The notes: a model not told the origin generated them from the sequence alone. Positions 10,748-23,028 are shown, counted from the stretch's first letter. The stretch: 64,000 nt of DNA from Candidatus Sumerlaeaceae bacterium (GCA_026418615.1 JAOAAY010000014.1:591-64590), one strand, 5' to 3'. Numbers and translations: made by a program.

Positions 10748-12232
10748 TCAGGGCCCGGCGTCCTCCATTTGCCCCATCATGTGGCTGACGGTATCCGTGT
10801 AGGTGATGCGCGTGCCGGCGAGGACCTTGGTGATGAGGAAGTTCTGGTGTAGTCCTTCGACGAGGAACTCCATGGCTGGGCCGAGATCCCGCCGGTTCTC
10901 GATTTTCATCTCGTGCCGGGCGAGCGTCTCAAGTCCGTCCACAGCGGTAAGGGCGCTATGATAGTCGGCCTCGCTCGCGGCGGTGGAGATTTCGAGCGTA
11001 TGCCCGGTTTCGAACCAGTTGACAATTTGCTGGAATTTCGGAAAATTGAATTTCTGCTCCCGGCCGGGCCGATAGTTCGGGACGAAGCGTCTGTTGAAGG
11101 CTTCCTTGATTGCCTTTCCGACGAGGAACTGGGCGACATTGGCAATGCCCTCCTGCTCGCCTTTGTAAACCAGTTCGATTTTGCCAGTGATCGCCGGGAT
11201 GGCTTCGAACAGATCAATCACGCGCACGCTGGCCTGCTGGTCGCCGTTGAGCAAGGCGCGGCGTTCGGCCGAGGAGAGAACCGTCTCGAGAAGACTGATA
11301 GGCATGCGGGCGCTGACGCCTGAATTGCGGTCCACATACTCACTCTTTCGCGCTTCGAAGGCGATGCGCTCGACGAGTTCTCTGATGAATTCGGACACAT
11401 GGACATCGGTTTGGCTGTCGCGCTGCGTCCAAGCCTCCTGCGATGTAATGCGGACGGCGTCCTCGATGGTTTCAGGATAGTGCGTCAGGATCTGGGCATC
11501 AATGCGGTCCTTGAGCGGCGTAATGATATTGCCGCGGTTGGTATAGTCCTCGGGATTTGCCGTGTAAACAATGGAAATGTCGAGGGGGATTCGGACCGGA
11601 AATCCGCGGATCTGAATGTCCTTTTCCTCCATGATGTTCAGCAGTCCGACTTGAATGCGGGGCTGGAGGTCGGGCAGTTCGTTGATGGCAAAAATACCGC
11701 GGTTGCTGCGGGGAATGATGCCGTAGTGGATGACTTCCTCGTCGGAAAAGTCGAGTTTGCGGGCCATGGCCTTGATGGGGTCCACATCCCCGATCAGATC
11801 GGCAATGGTGACATCGGGCGTGGCCAGTTTTTCGTGATAGCGGCGCTCGCGGGGCAGCCATTCGATGGGCGTGTCGTCGCCGCGTTCGGCCACGAGCGTC
11901 CGGGCCATTTTGGAAATGGGATGAAATGGATCGTCGTTGAGAGGCGCTCCGGCGATGACCGGGATGAAATCATCGAGAAGGTTGACGAGTGAGCGCACGA
12001 TGCGCGTTTTGGCCTGGCCGCGCAGCCCGAGCAGCAGGAAATCGTGCCGGCTCAGAATGGCGTTTTGGATTTGGGGCAGGACGGTGTCGTCGTATCCAAT
12101 AATGCCAGGGAAGACCGGTTCGCCCGCCCGTAATTTGCGGGCAAGATTGCGGCGCATCTCCTCTTTGACGCTGACGGTGCGGTAGCCGGAGCGGCGAAGT
12201 TCGCCGAGGGTTCGGGGAAGGGACTGCGACAT
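10748..12232 (-). CDS. Mg-chelatase subunit I-like AAA+ ATPase
   Basis: GLRGQAKTR Walker A variant, EKLATPD, NELPDL, TANPEDYTNRG. Confidence 0.85.
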   Translation of the reverse strand: MSQSLPRTLGELRRSGYRTVSVKEEMRRNLARKLRAGEPVFPGIIGYDDTVLPQIQNAILSRHDFLLLGLRGQAKTRIVRSLVNLLDDFIPVIAGAPLNDDPFHPISKMARTLVAERGDDTPIEWLPRERRYHEKLATPDVTIADLIGDVDPIKAMARKLDFSDEEVIHYGIIPRSNRGIFAINELPDLQPRIQVGLLNIMEEKDIQIRGFPVRIPLDISIVYTANPEDYTNRGNIITPLKDRIDAQILTHYPETIEDAVRITSQEAWTQRDSQTDVHVSEFIRELVERIAFEARKSEYVDRNSGVSARMPISLLETVLSSAERRALLNGDQQASVRVIDLFEAIPAITGKIELVYKGEQEGIANVAQFLVGKAIKEAFNRRFVPNYRPGREQKFNFPKFQQIVNWFETGHTLEISTAASEADYHSALTAVDGLETLARHEMKIENRRDLGPAMEFLVEGLHQNFLITKVLAGTRITYTDTVSHMMGQMEDAGP

Positions 12233-12366
12233 GGAGAACTGTGTTCCTTGCTGATGCATTCGCCGTGCCGCGATTGCGCGGCGTGCCGCGTATTACCCGC
12301 TTGCGCAACCGGGCATTCAGCCGCAGAGCGCTGCTCACGCGGGAGGCACGGAGGCAACGGCCGCCG

Positions 12367-12645
12367 TCACCATCCAGCCCGTCTGACGACCATCTGCAAA
12401 CCTTGCACGGCGGCAAGAATCGCTATCCCCGCCACCGCGAGCCAGAACAACTGCGGCGCAAGGGAACCGGTGGCATGGGGATCAAAGAAATGGATGGCGG
12501 TAACCGTCATCACTCCGCCCAGAAAGACAAACAGCGGCACAACGGCGACAACCTTCCAAGCGTCCTTCCAAAAGAGAAAACCGAGCAGTTGGAGGACAGA
12601 GTAGATCACGATCGAGGCGGCAGCAGCGATTTCCCACGGGCCCAT
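12367..12645 (-). CDS. Small hypothetical membrane protein (3 TM)
   Basis: Three hydrophobic segments; fills the gap downstream of the helicase gene. Confidence 0.6.
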   Translation of the reverse strand: MGPWEIAAAASIVIYSVLQLLGFLFWKDAWKVVAVVPLFVFLGGVMTVTAIHFFDPHATGSLAPQLFWLAVAGIAILAAVQGLQMVVRRAGW

Positions 12646-12700
12646 GGACAATGAGGCTGATCGGCTGAAAAGCCCGTGGCAAGTCCTCGCGTTCGCGGAT

Positions 12701-14719
12701 TCAAGCCGACGCACAGCGCTCGACAAAATCGCAGCAGTCATGCGCGGCGGCCTTTACGGCCCTGGCAAAGGAGGACTCCGCGCCGGGCCGAAGCGTGATG
12801 ACCAGGGTGTCCATCGCGCGCGTGAGGGGAATCATCATGTATTGCAACGCGCGTTGTTCGACGGTAGCGGCATCCGCGAGGCATCCGGTGACCTTCGCCT
12901 CCAGTTGTGCCTGTTCCTGTTCCTTTTCCAACTGCCGCAAGAAGAAAGCGTCGGGCTCGACAAGCACGACGATCCATCCCTCAAGGCCGCGGCACGAAGT
13001 GTAAGGCACCACGCGCAGATCGCCGGGTTTTTGCATGATATTGTCCCGGTTGTCTTCGTTGGTGGCGTCCCAAACGGGCTGTTTCCATTGCTGGAAGACG
13101 GAGCGGACGCGCGGGTGAATGCCAAGATAACGGTTTTCCTCGTCGCGCTCAATGTAATCGCGGGGCAGGCACATGAGCATGTCGAGCGGGCAGTTTCCCG
13201 CCTTGGCGTTGTTGTCGAGGAGGCGTTTATGCAGGGCTTGATCCGCAAAATAATCCGACTCGAGGAGGATCACCTGACCGCCGGGCATCTCCAAGGCCGG
13301 CTCCGTGCGCCATGCCAAACCGAGGTGACGGGCAACGGCGTTTGCAAAGCGCGCGAGGTTGGCCTTCATACGCAGGCAACGGTCGAGATTCACAATCAGT
13401 GATTGCGCGCCGTTGAGATCTGTCTCCCAGTTGCAGGGCGCCTCCCGGCGCACAATCTGATCGATGCCGTCGGCCACCACTGTGTGTGTGGGCGGGAATA
13501 ACTCGCGCAGGAGCGCGAAAGCGTTGTCGGGCACATCCTGGGCTTCATCCACGAACAGATAATCGAACTCGAACGGCCAGTTGCGGTTGGCTTCCACGGC
13601 CTGCGGTCTTGTGCCTTGCTCGCGCAACCTGCGAGCCCATTGGCGGCACTCGACCAAACGCTTGTTCATCTCGACCTGAAATTCTTCGGCGGTTTTTCCG
13701 TTGGCGTGGCCGAGTCCCGCAGCGGCGAAGACAGCCTGAAAATACTTGTCCTGGGTGCAGCACCGGACGGCCGCGGAGATGGTAGGATCGCCGGGCTCGA
13801 GCAAGTTGAGAGACCGAACGAGGTTCGTTGTGAGCGCGCGATTGAAGGTCAGGATCAAAACGCGTCCCGGTTTGTTCGGCCGTTGGGTGACGGTGCGGGC
13901 CAATTGCAGGAGGATGGCCGTTTTGCCCGTTCCCGCCCGCCCTCGCAGATGGATCTGTTTGTTGCCAAGGGCGGCAAGCCAATCCTGGCGGACTGTATTG
14001 CGGACCACCTGGTCCAGTTGACGAAGAACCATCGGGCTCCCCTCGACCCGTTTCGTCAGCAGGTCGGCGAGGAAGGTAAATGATTTCGGCTGTTTCTGAT
14101 GGAAACTCGAGATGACTCCGACTCCGTCCGGCATGCGGGACAGACGCGACCAAGACATGATGCATTGGAGCATCTGCAACCACGAGTCATTGCCCGCCCA
14201 GACAGGGTCGGTAAAAGTCAGATTCTTCCCGAATTCTTCACGCCGGGCTCCGCGCATCCACAAACAATTCATGATGTAGGGAGCCTGCGCGTTGCGCCGT
14301 CGGAAATAATCCCGCAGGGCGCTTACTTGCTCGTAACTCTGTTGGCTGGCGTCGTGCCAACGGCCATTGTATGACACCTCGACTTTGGAGCCTGTCAGCC
14401 GCCAACCGGGGGATGTGTGATCCTTGATCTCGACGACAAGCACGAGGGTCTCGAGGCGGACCTTTTTGCCTTCAAATGGACGGTCGCCAAAAGTGACCAG
14501 TCCGGGAATTGCCGCAGTGGCGGCTTGGGGTCCGAATCGTGCCATGACCACCAAGTCAATGGTCTTGTGGCCACTATAACCTTGGACTTCCGGGACAATC
14601 CGCAAATCCGTTTGCGGATCGTCGTCTACCCATGGCCAATCGCGGCGGATGATTGCGGCCAGGTCGTGGGCGGCATCGGCCATGGCAGAACTGCTCTGGT
14701 CTGGCAACCAGACAGCCAT
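12701..14719 (-). CDS. NERD/PD-(D/E)xK-like nuclease fused to SF1 helicase (DUF2075/UvrD-like)
   Basis: IDLVV...VVEIKD; GRAGTGKT, VDEAQD, DGIDQ, RGLEG, TRA helicase motifs; start may be 14683. Confidence 0.8.
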   Translation of the reverse strand: MAVWLPDQSSSAMADAAHDLAAIIRRDWPWVDDDPQTDLRIVPEVQGYSGHKTIDLVVMARFGPQAATAAIPGLVTFGDRPFEGKKVRLETLVLVVEIKDHTSPGWRLTGSKVEVSYNGRWHDASQQSYEQVSALRDYFRRRNAQAPYIMNCLWMRGARREEFGKNLTFTDPVWAGNDSWLQMLQCIMSWSRLSRMPDGVGVISSFHQKQPKSFTFLADLLTKRVEGSPMVLRQLDQVVRNTVRQDWLAALGNKQIHLRGRAGTGKTAILLQLARTVTQRPNKPGRVLILTFNRALTTNLVRSLNLLEPGDPTISAAVRCCTQDKYFQAVFAAAGLGHANGKTAEEFQVEMNKRLVECRQWARRLREQGTRPQAVEANRNWPFEFDYLFVDEAQDVPDNAFALLRELFPPTHTVVADGIDQIVRREAPCNWETDLNGAQSLIVNLDRCLRMKANLARFANAVARHLGLAWRTEPALEMPGGQVILLESDYFADQALHKRLLDNNAKAGNCPLDMLMCLPRDYIERDEENRYLGIHPRVRSVFQQWKQPVWDATNEDNRDNIMQKPGDLRVVPYTSCRGLEGWIVVLVEPDAFFLRQLEKEQEQAQLEAKVTGCLADAATVEQRALQYMMIPLTRAMDTLVITLRPGAESSFARAVKAAAHDCCDFVERCASA

Positions 14720-14779
14720 CAGCAGGGGTTACCGCCGCAACCGGCGTCCGCATTGAGGTTATGCCTCGGGCTGTCCGAA

Positions 14780-15865
14780 TCAGAAAACCGGCTGTTCGCC
14801 TTCAGGGCCGACATGCACATCCCCCATGAAGCCCGGGTAAATTAAATACACTCTTGGCAATTTCGCCTGCTCGACATAGGCCGTGATCGGGGCCGTTTTG
14901 GCACCGGTGTCTGCGTCGCGCAGGACATGGTAAGTCCGTTGTGTGCCGTCCACCAGGCGCCGATCCTCGCCGATGTATTTCATGGGCCTCGTGAATTGCC
15001 TGCTCACCATGAAGATCCGGTGCCGGGACGAGAGCGTATACTCATTGGCGCCGTCGGGTGTGGGGCGGGTGCTAATCGTGATACTCCCGCTGCCCACTCC
15101 GATGCCTCCCCACACCCAGCGAGAGGTCTGAATGATGTCGAGCATGGGGCCTTTGCGAATCGGGGCTTTGGTTCGGGCGGTAGTCGTCGAAGCACCCGAG
15201 GCGGAATCAGAACCCTCCTGCGTTTCACCAAGCAGGCCAAGGCGCTCGCCGATAATCTCGTCATCGCTGACGATGTTGGCCTGTTCGTTGAGACGCTTTA
15301 GGATCTGCGAACAAACCGCTCGCAGGGTCTCGCGCACGCCGACTCCCTCCGTGGCCACGGCCTCAAACTCCTCGAAGCGCCCCTCCGGGTTGAGGTGTTT
15401 GCGCAGGTCCTCCAAGGGGAGGGCTGAGGGCAGGTCGCGCTTGTTGTACTGGATGACGACGGGCACCTGCCCGATTTCGAGATCATACTCGCGCAGGTTT
15501 TCGATCATATTGTAGAAACTGTCCACGCTGTCCTTGAGTCGCGTGGCCTGCGAGTCGGCGACAAACACGATCCCATCTACTCCCCGCAGGACGAGTTTCC
15601 GTGTGGCATTGTAGTACACCTGCCCTGGAACCGTGTAGAGTTGAAATTTGGTTTTGTAACCTTTGACATCGCCGAAGTCCAAAGGCAGGAAATCGAAGAA
15701 GAGCGTCTGGTCCTGCTCCGTGGCGAGCGAGACGAGGTCTCCGCGGTGTTTGGCCGGCACATTGCCGTGGATGAGTTGCAGGTTGGTCGTCTTCCCGCCA
15801 AATCCGGGGCCGTAATAGACGATTTTGCAGGTAATCTCTTTGAAGGCTTGGTTGATCGTCGGCAT
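14780..15865 (-). CDS. mglA: MglA-family small GTPase with ~160 aa C-terminal extension
   Basis: KIVYYGPGFGGKTTNL, TLFFDFLP, YTVPGQVYY, GVDGIVFVADSQ, NKRDL. Confidence 0.88.
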   Translation of the reverse strand: MPTINQAFKEITCKIVYYGPGFGGKTTNLQLIHGNVPAKHRGDLVSLATEQDQTLFFDFLPLDFGDVKGYKTKFQLYTVPGQVYYNATRKLVLRGVDGIVFVADSQATRLKDSVDSFYNMIENLREYDLEIGQVPVVIQYNKRDLPSALPLEDLRKHLNPEGRFEEFEAVATEGVGVRETLRAVCSQILKRLNEQANIVSDDEIIGERLGLLGETQEGSDSASGASTTTARTKAPIRKGPMLDIIQTSRWVWGGIGVGSGSITISTRPTPDGANEYTLSSRHRIFMVSRQFTRPMKYIGEDRRLVDGTQRTYHVLRDADTGAKTAPITAYVEQAKLPRVYLIYPGFMGDVHVGPEGEQPVF

Positions 15866-15964
15866 GGGTTATTCGAGTCCGCAATCCCTCGCTCGATGCA
15901 CAATTCAATTGCATCACGCAGTGAAAAATCGTCCCGGGGCAAACGAAATTTTGTGGGTGAGCGC

Positions 15965-17671
15965 ATGCCAGAGGCCGTCATCGTGAGGTCTGCCAGTGAC
16001 CTCTTGGCCGGATTCGCCTTCGCGTCCGATGCTTTGGCCGGCACAGGGGCAGCGCGAGAACTGTTGCCCGGCTGGTTTGGCGATGTCGAGGGCGCGGTCG
16101 AGCGCCGGGAGCGGCGCCCGTCACCGCCGTGGAATTCCGACGAGGTGGCCGAGTTAGCGGCCTTTAACCGTCAATTTGGCAATGAATCCGGCGCCCAGGC
16201 TGCAGCGCACCTTGCCGATCCGCAAACCGTTGCGGTTGTGACGGGGCAGCAACCGAACCTGTTGGCCTCGCCGCTCTATGTCCTGCATAAAGCAGCGTCG
16301 GCAGTAGCCTTGGCCCGGCACTGGGAGCAACGGTTAGCCCGTCCGGTGATCCCCATCTTCTGGGTCGCCTCGGACGATCACGATTTTGCGGAGTTGCGCG
16401 AGTGTCACCTGCTCGGCGCCGGCGCCGACATTGTGTCCCTCGGGTATCAGGTATCGCGCGGCGAGGGAGTGCCCGCAGACAGTCCTGCGTTCGAATGGAA
16501 CCTTTCGGACTCGTCGCCCCGGCTGATCCGTCGGCTGGAGGCGGCCCTGCCGGAGGGGCCAGCGCGCGGAGAGACTGTCGCTCTAGTCGCGACGGCGCTC
16601 GCATCTGGAGCGACATTTGAGTCGGTGTTTTGCCATATCCTGTCAGGGTTTTTTGCCGACGCGGGACTAGTCATGCTGGTCCCGCGTCTGAAAGCGGTTC
16701 GGCGGCGCGGCGCCGGGGTGCTCCGCCGCGACATGCTCTCGCCGGGTCTGTTGGCCGACGCCTTGGAAAAGCGCGGTGCCTCCATGGCTGCGGCCGGATA
16801 CCCCGTGCCCTTGCAGCGCAGTCCGGAACAGATCAATTGCTTCTATCTGGAAGGACGGGTTCGGCGACGCATGATGCGCCGGGGCGAGGACGGAACGGTC
16901 GCGGCCGAGCGGCCGTCGGCTCTGACCGACGCCATCGTACGGCATCAAACCGAATGGCTTGAGCAATTGACGCATCACCCCGAGGCCTTCAGCCCCAATG
17001 TGATAACTAGGCCGCTCGTTCAAGATCATGCTCTGCCAACCATTGCCTATGTGGCAGGTCCCGGCGAAATGGCCTATTTGGCGCAGATGGCAGATGTCTA
17101 TGAATGTTGCGACATTCCGCAGCCGCTTGTGTTGCCGCGTTCGACCGGGATTCTGGTGGATGCTGCGACGGCGCGCGAGTTGGAGGGTGCCGGGCTGAGT
17201 GTAGAGGATTTGCTATTGCCGCCGGACGATTTGGCCGCCAAGGCGGCTGCTGCAGACCCCATCATGGCCCCGTTGCTGGCCGAGGTTGTGCACTTGGAGG
17301 AGGCCATTGCCGCAGCGACAGGTCGTATGCTGGCCACGGGCGTGGCAAACCGCCCGGCCGTGCGTGTGGCCATAGCCAAGACCGCCGCGGCTCAACACCG
17401 TTCGCTCTCCCGTCTCAGGCGTCGGCTTTGGCGTCAAGGGCGCGAGATGGGCGTCGGGGCGTGGGCCTCGCTGGCGCGTGGACTGGCTTGCGTCAGGCCG
17501 CTCGGTGGGATTCAGGATCGGGTTTTGTCGCCGTTGTCGTTTTGTGGCGATGTCCCGATGCAGCGGTTGGGGCACACGGCTCTGACGATGGCCGGCGACT
17601 GGCTGCGTGCTCTCCATCAACCCGCCACGGGCGGCATGGTGATGCCGGTCCGGATCATCGCCGCCGACTGA
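15965..17671 (+). CDS. bshC: Bacillithiol biosynthesis cysteine-adding enzyme BshC
   Basis: VVTGQQ, FWVASDDHDFAE, FSPNVITRPLVQD, YVAGPGEMAYLAQ, QDR. Confidence 0.88.
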   Translation: MPEAVIVRSASDLLAGFAFASDALAGTGAARELLPGWFGDVEGAVERRERRPSPPWNSDEVAELAAFNRQFGNESGAQAAAHLADPQTVAVVTGQQPNLLASPLYVLHKAASAVALARHWEQRLARPVIPIFWVASDDHDFAELRECHLLGAGADIVSLGYQVSRGEGVPADSPAFEWNLSDSSPRLIRRLEAALPEGPARGETVALVATALASGATFESVFCHILSGFFADAGLVMLVPRLKAVRRRGAGVLRRDMLSPGLLADALEKRGASMAAAGYPVPLQRSPEQINCFYLEGRVRRRMMRRGEDGTVAAERPSALTDAIVRHQTEWLEQLTHHPEAFSPNVITRPLVQDHALPTIAYVAGPGEMAYLAQMADVYECCDIPQPLVLPRSTGILVDAATARELEGAGLSVEDLLLPPDDLAAKAAAADPIMAPLLAEVVHLEEAIAAATGRMLATGVANRPAVRVAIAKTAAAQHRSLSRLRRRLWRQGREMGVGAWASLARGLACVRPLGGIQDRVLSPLSFCGDVPMQRLGHTALTMAGDWLRALHQPATGGMVMPVRIIAAD

Positions 17672-17722
17672 ACCTCGCGTCGTGCAACGAGGCGTTTGTC
17701 CGGCGACAGGCTTAGGCTTCCG

Positions 17723-19670
<1,948 letters not shown>

Positions 19671-19674
<4 letters not shown>

Positions 19675-20525
19675 GCGGAAGTCTCCTGCGATGATGTGGC
19701 CGTGTCCCACGGTGGCGCTGGGGCGAAACTCCTCAGGCCCAGCCACTGCATGGCCACGAGCAACACGAACCATGTGTTGTAAATGAAATAGCGTCTGGCA
19801 AGGCGGCGGGGCTCTTGCGCCAGCCGGTGGAGCCACTCCAACCCCAAGCGCTGAAGCCAGACGGGGGCACGGCGAAGCGTGCCGGCGTGGAAATCAAAGG
19901 CCGCGCCGACGGGCAACAAGACCGCCGGGATTCGCCCGCGATGCTCGATGCACCAGATTTCCTGCTTGGGACATCCGAGGGCCACGAAAACCATGCGAGC
20001 GCCTGACGCAGTCAGATCCCGCACAATCTGCTCGTCCTCGTCAGGCGTCAGGGGCCGGAACGGGGGTGCGTAAGCGTACACCACTTGCAGGTCAGGAAAC
20101 CGCTGGCGGAGTGCGTCGCGCAACCGGCCCAAGGTTTCGGAGGTCGCTCCGTACAGTGCGACCGGCAGTCCCTCCCGGGCGCATCGCTCCCACAGCAACG
20201 GCGCGGTGTCGGGCCCCGCCGTGCGCCGGGAGTTGCGCACGCCGTAAAGATGCTGAACCCACACCAGCGGAAGGCCGTCGGGAGCGACGCGGTCGGCAGC
20301 GGCCAGCATCCGGGCGTATTGCCCGGAGCGATGCGCCTCGATGACCATGTGGACGGTCGCAAAACAGCACACTTGTGACTGGCCTGCCTGCGCGGCGGTC
20401 ACGGCCCACTCGACGATGCGCTCCGGAGTCACGGCGTCCACTCCGAGGCCGGCAATGTTTGCAGCCTCGAGGCCCGAGCGAATGCGCGTCTGGCGCAAGT
20501 CGGTGGTCATTGCTTGGGGATTCAT
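19671..20525 (-). CDS. WecB/TagA/CpsF family glycosyltransferase (GT26)
   Basis: [51 protein letters not shown]; start uncertain. Confidence 0.93.
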
Positions 20526-20547
20526 GGCGCCCAGCATGTCGGGGCCG

Positions 20548-22122
20548 CTATGCGACGGGCGCAACCCGAAACAGGCACCCGTGCGGGTCGCGCGCAGCGT
20601 TGGCGCAGCACTCGTGATGAATCTGATAAAGGGCCTGCTGATAGCGTTCCATCCGGAAATTGATGCCCGCGGGCGGAGGAGCGTCAGCGAACAACCGCCG
20701 TCGCATCGCCCGCACGAGCGAGTTTTCGGCCAAGGCCGGAAAATTGTCATGCAGTCGCCAGAGATAGGCTTCGAGCCTCTCGTGCTTTCGCTCGCGAGCC
20801 TGAAGGATGGCCAGAGGCAGGAGCGTATGGAAGAGAATGGTACGAGCACGCTCCTCGCCGACGAGATGGGCGGCGCGAGCGGCTCGTTTGCCAGCCAAGG
20901 TGAAACGATACCCCCAGTAACCGTCGGCAGGTTGCTCGAAAAGTTGTGTCAGGGTCGTCACGGCGCGTCGCCATTCTGAGGCAGTACGGGGCTCGCGAGC
21001 CGCCGAGACTTCCATTTGCCGCATGAGAGCATCAGTCAGCCCGGCCCGGAAGTCATGTTTGACCAAAATGCGCGCTACGCCGGCAAGGCGACGCACGGGG
21101 AAATTGACGGGCCGCACGCCGGAAAACCAGCGGCGAGTGGGCGGAATGATGCGGTCCTCGAAATAGCCTGCGAACTCGGTCCACCAGCGATTGAGATCGT
21201 TTACATAGGCTTGAGTTTCGGCATCGGCGGGTGCGGCAGCGCACGGGTCGCCCGCCGAATCCGGCGCGCTTGGAGGGGCGGCGAGGTTGGCGACATGAAG
21301 GAGGATGGCTTCCAAGGCCGCCGTCGCGTCGGCTGGCGACAAGTCGCGCAGGTAGAGTCGCAATTCTTCGAGCGGTGTCCGTTTGGCGAGCAGGAAGAGC
21401 AGAGTTTTGCCGCCTTTAAAGCCCATGGAGGTCATGATGGCTTGGTACATGACCTGGTCGGGCGGCTCGGTGCGCATTTGAGCGGTGTAGCGCGCCACGC
21501 GGGCCTCCATCCGCTCGCGAGCAGCCGCGGCGAAAAACTGGCGCAACAAATCCGCATCCACGCGCCGAACGGCATCGGCGCAGGTGCCGGGTGCCGGATC
21601 CGTTGCGACGCGATCGTCCGGGTCGTCGTTCTCCTCAGCCAGAGAGCGGCGCAAGGTATCAAGATCCGGATGCAGAGCCGGCGCCAGTTCCAAGCGCTCG
21701 ATGCGCGTGCCGTTGTGGCGCGTGTCGAATTTGGCTTCGTCCGACAGCCATAAAAAGGCATGGAGCACGACGCTGTTATAGTCAAAGTCGCGCTCGTGCC
21801 GGTGGCGCTCCCAATCGGTTGAGTGCAAGTGGATTTCGATGTCGCCGCGAACGGGTACGCCGCCAATGAGCAGGGAGGCCATGCGGAAATCCGGTCCGGC
21901 TTCGTGATTCCAAACGCCCGGTTCAAGAATCCGGACCTGTTTTCCGGAACAGGTGCGCAAGCGCGAGGGCTCGAGATACTGCTCGCTCCAGATCCATTGG
22001 ACGAGTTGCTCGTTGATGGGGGCGAGTCCGTCGTCGCCCGGCTCTCGTGCCTTCGGTTCGGCCACGATCGTCCCCGGTTGCGCGCCGCGCAGGCGCGCCT
22101 TGAGTTGCTCGTAGTCACTCAT
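20548..22122 (-). CDS. DUF2851 family protein
   Basis: PGVWNHEAGPDF, GDIEIH..DW..HRH..D..YNSVVLH, RPVNFPVRRL. Confidence 0.85.
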   Translation of the reverse strand: MSDYEQLKARLRGAQPGTIVAEPKAREPGDDGLAPINEQLVQWIWSEQYLEPSRLRTCSGKQVRILEPGVWNHEAGPDFRMASLLIGGVPVRGDIEIHLHSTDWERHRHERDFDYNSVVLHAFLWLSDEAKFDTRHNGTRIERLELAPALHPDLDTLRRSLAEENDDPDDRVATDPAPGTCADAVRRVDADLLRQFFAAAARERMEARVARYTAQMRTEPPDQVMYQAIMTSMGFKGGKTLLFLLAKRTPLEELRLYLRDLSPADATAALEAILLHVANLAAPPSAPDSAGDPCAAAPADAETQAYVNDLNRWWTEFAGYFEDRIIPPTRRWFSGVRPVNFPVRRLAGVARILVKHDFRAGLTDALMRQMEVSAAREPRTASEWRRAVTTLTQLFEQPADGYWGYRFTLAGKRAARAAHLVGEERARTILFHTLLPLAILQARERKHERLEAYLWRLHDNFPALAENSLVRAMRRRLFADAPPPAGINFRMERYQQALYQIHHECCANAARDPHGCLFRVAPVA

Positions 22123-22290
22123 CGGGCTGCCAGATGTGAGGCCTGCGCGAAGTCGGCAAGGCAAGTCCTTTTCCGGTCACCGTGTGTGCTGGAATTCGGT
22201 TGCCTTGCCATCGGAAGGCGCGCAAGGGTTGCGTCACCATTTGCGCGCAGGGGTGCGAGGTCTCAGGCGCTTGCGGAGGGTTGTGGCAAC

Positions 22291-22512
22291 ATGAGAAGAT
22301 GGGGATTGGCGGGCTTGGCCTTGGCGATGGCGGTGCTCCTCGCGGGTTGCAGTTATGTCTGCAACGGTTCATGGGATGCCCAACCGTTTGTTCAACCGCG
22401 CAATCCGCATCCTGTCATGCCTGCCCCCGAGCGGCCATGGAACTATCCGTGGGAGTGGTCATATCGCGGGCCGGATACGCGGCCGATGCCGGTGCCCGTC
22501 TATTACGATTGA
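22291..22512 (+). CDS. Small Pro/Trp-rich lipoprotein
   Basis: GGAGG RBS; MRRW + hydrophobic core + LLAGC lipobox. Confidence 0.7.
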   Translation: MRRWGLAGLALAMAVLLAGCSYVCNGSWDAQPFVQPRNPHPVMPAPERPWNYPWEWSYRGPDTRPMPVPVYYD

Positions 22513-22850
22513 TCCCCTGACGGCTGCTCTGATGGGGCGGCTGGGGCGTCGGGTGCAGCGTGCGAATCCGGGGTTGTCAGCAATCCAGATGCCTTTAATT
22601 CCTTGCCCATCTTGAATGTTACAACGCGGCGCGCCGGAATGGGGTATTCCTTCTTGTCCTTGGGATTGCGGCCTGTTCGCTGCTTGCGCTGTTTGACCTG
22701 CAACACGCCAAAGTCGCGGATTTCCAGCCGTCCGTAGGTCGCAACGGTGTGCTTGATCGCTTCCAAGGTCGCGTCAACGATGACAAGCGCTTCCTTATCC
22801 TTCAGGTTTAGTTTCTCAGCAACTTTCTTGACGATGTCGGCCTTGATCAT
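22503..22850 (-). CDS. HU/IHF family DNA-binding protein
   Basis: MIKADIV, LEIRDFG, GRNPK, VVTFK. Confidence 0.93.
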   Translation of the reverse strand: MIKADIVKKVAEKLNLKDKEALVIVDATLEAIKHTVATYGRLEIRDFGVLQVKQRKQRTGRNPKDKKEYPIPARRVVTFKMGKELKASGLLTTPDSHAAPDAPAAPSEQPSGDQS

Positions 22851-23028
22851 CGCCGCGACCTCGCTCCAAACCTCAGAATGAGAATAACCAGAGCGCCTGC
22901 ATGGAATGAGGGGACGGGAACCAGATGTGCGCTAACTGTGGGACACTCAGGCAATGCCGGTTGTTACGGCAAGAAAAAAGATGCGCTTAGCGCGCATGGG
23001 CCTAAGTTAGCACGCCGGTAAAAATCGC

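Noticed and set aside
10748-12232. Chlorophyll or cobalamin chelatase pathway
   Set aside because: Widespread ChlI-like AAA+ family; no tetrapyrrole genes or vWA partner nearby.
15641-15964. N-terminal extension of the bshC ORF
   Set aside because: Antisense to mglA; ATG 15965 is more plausible.
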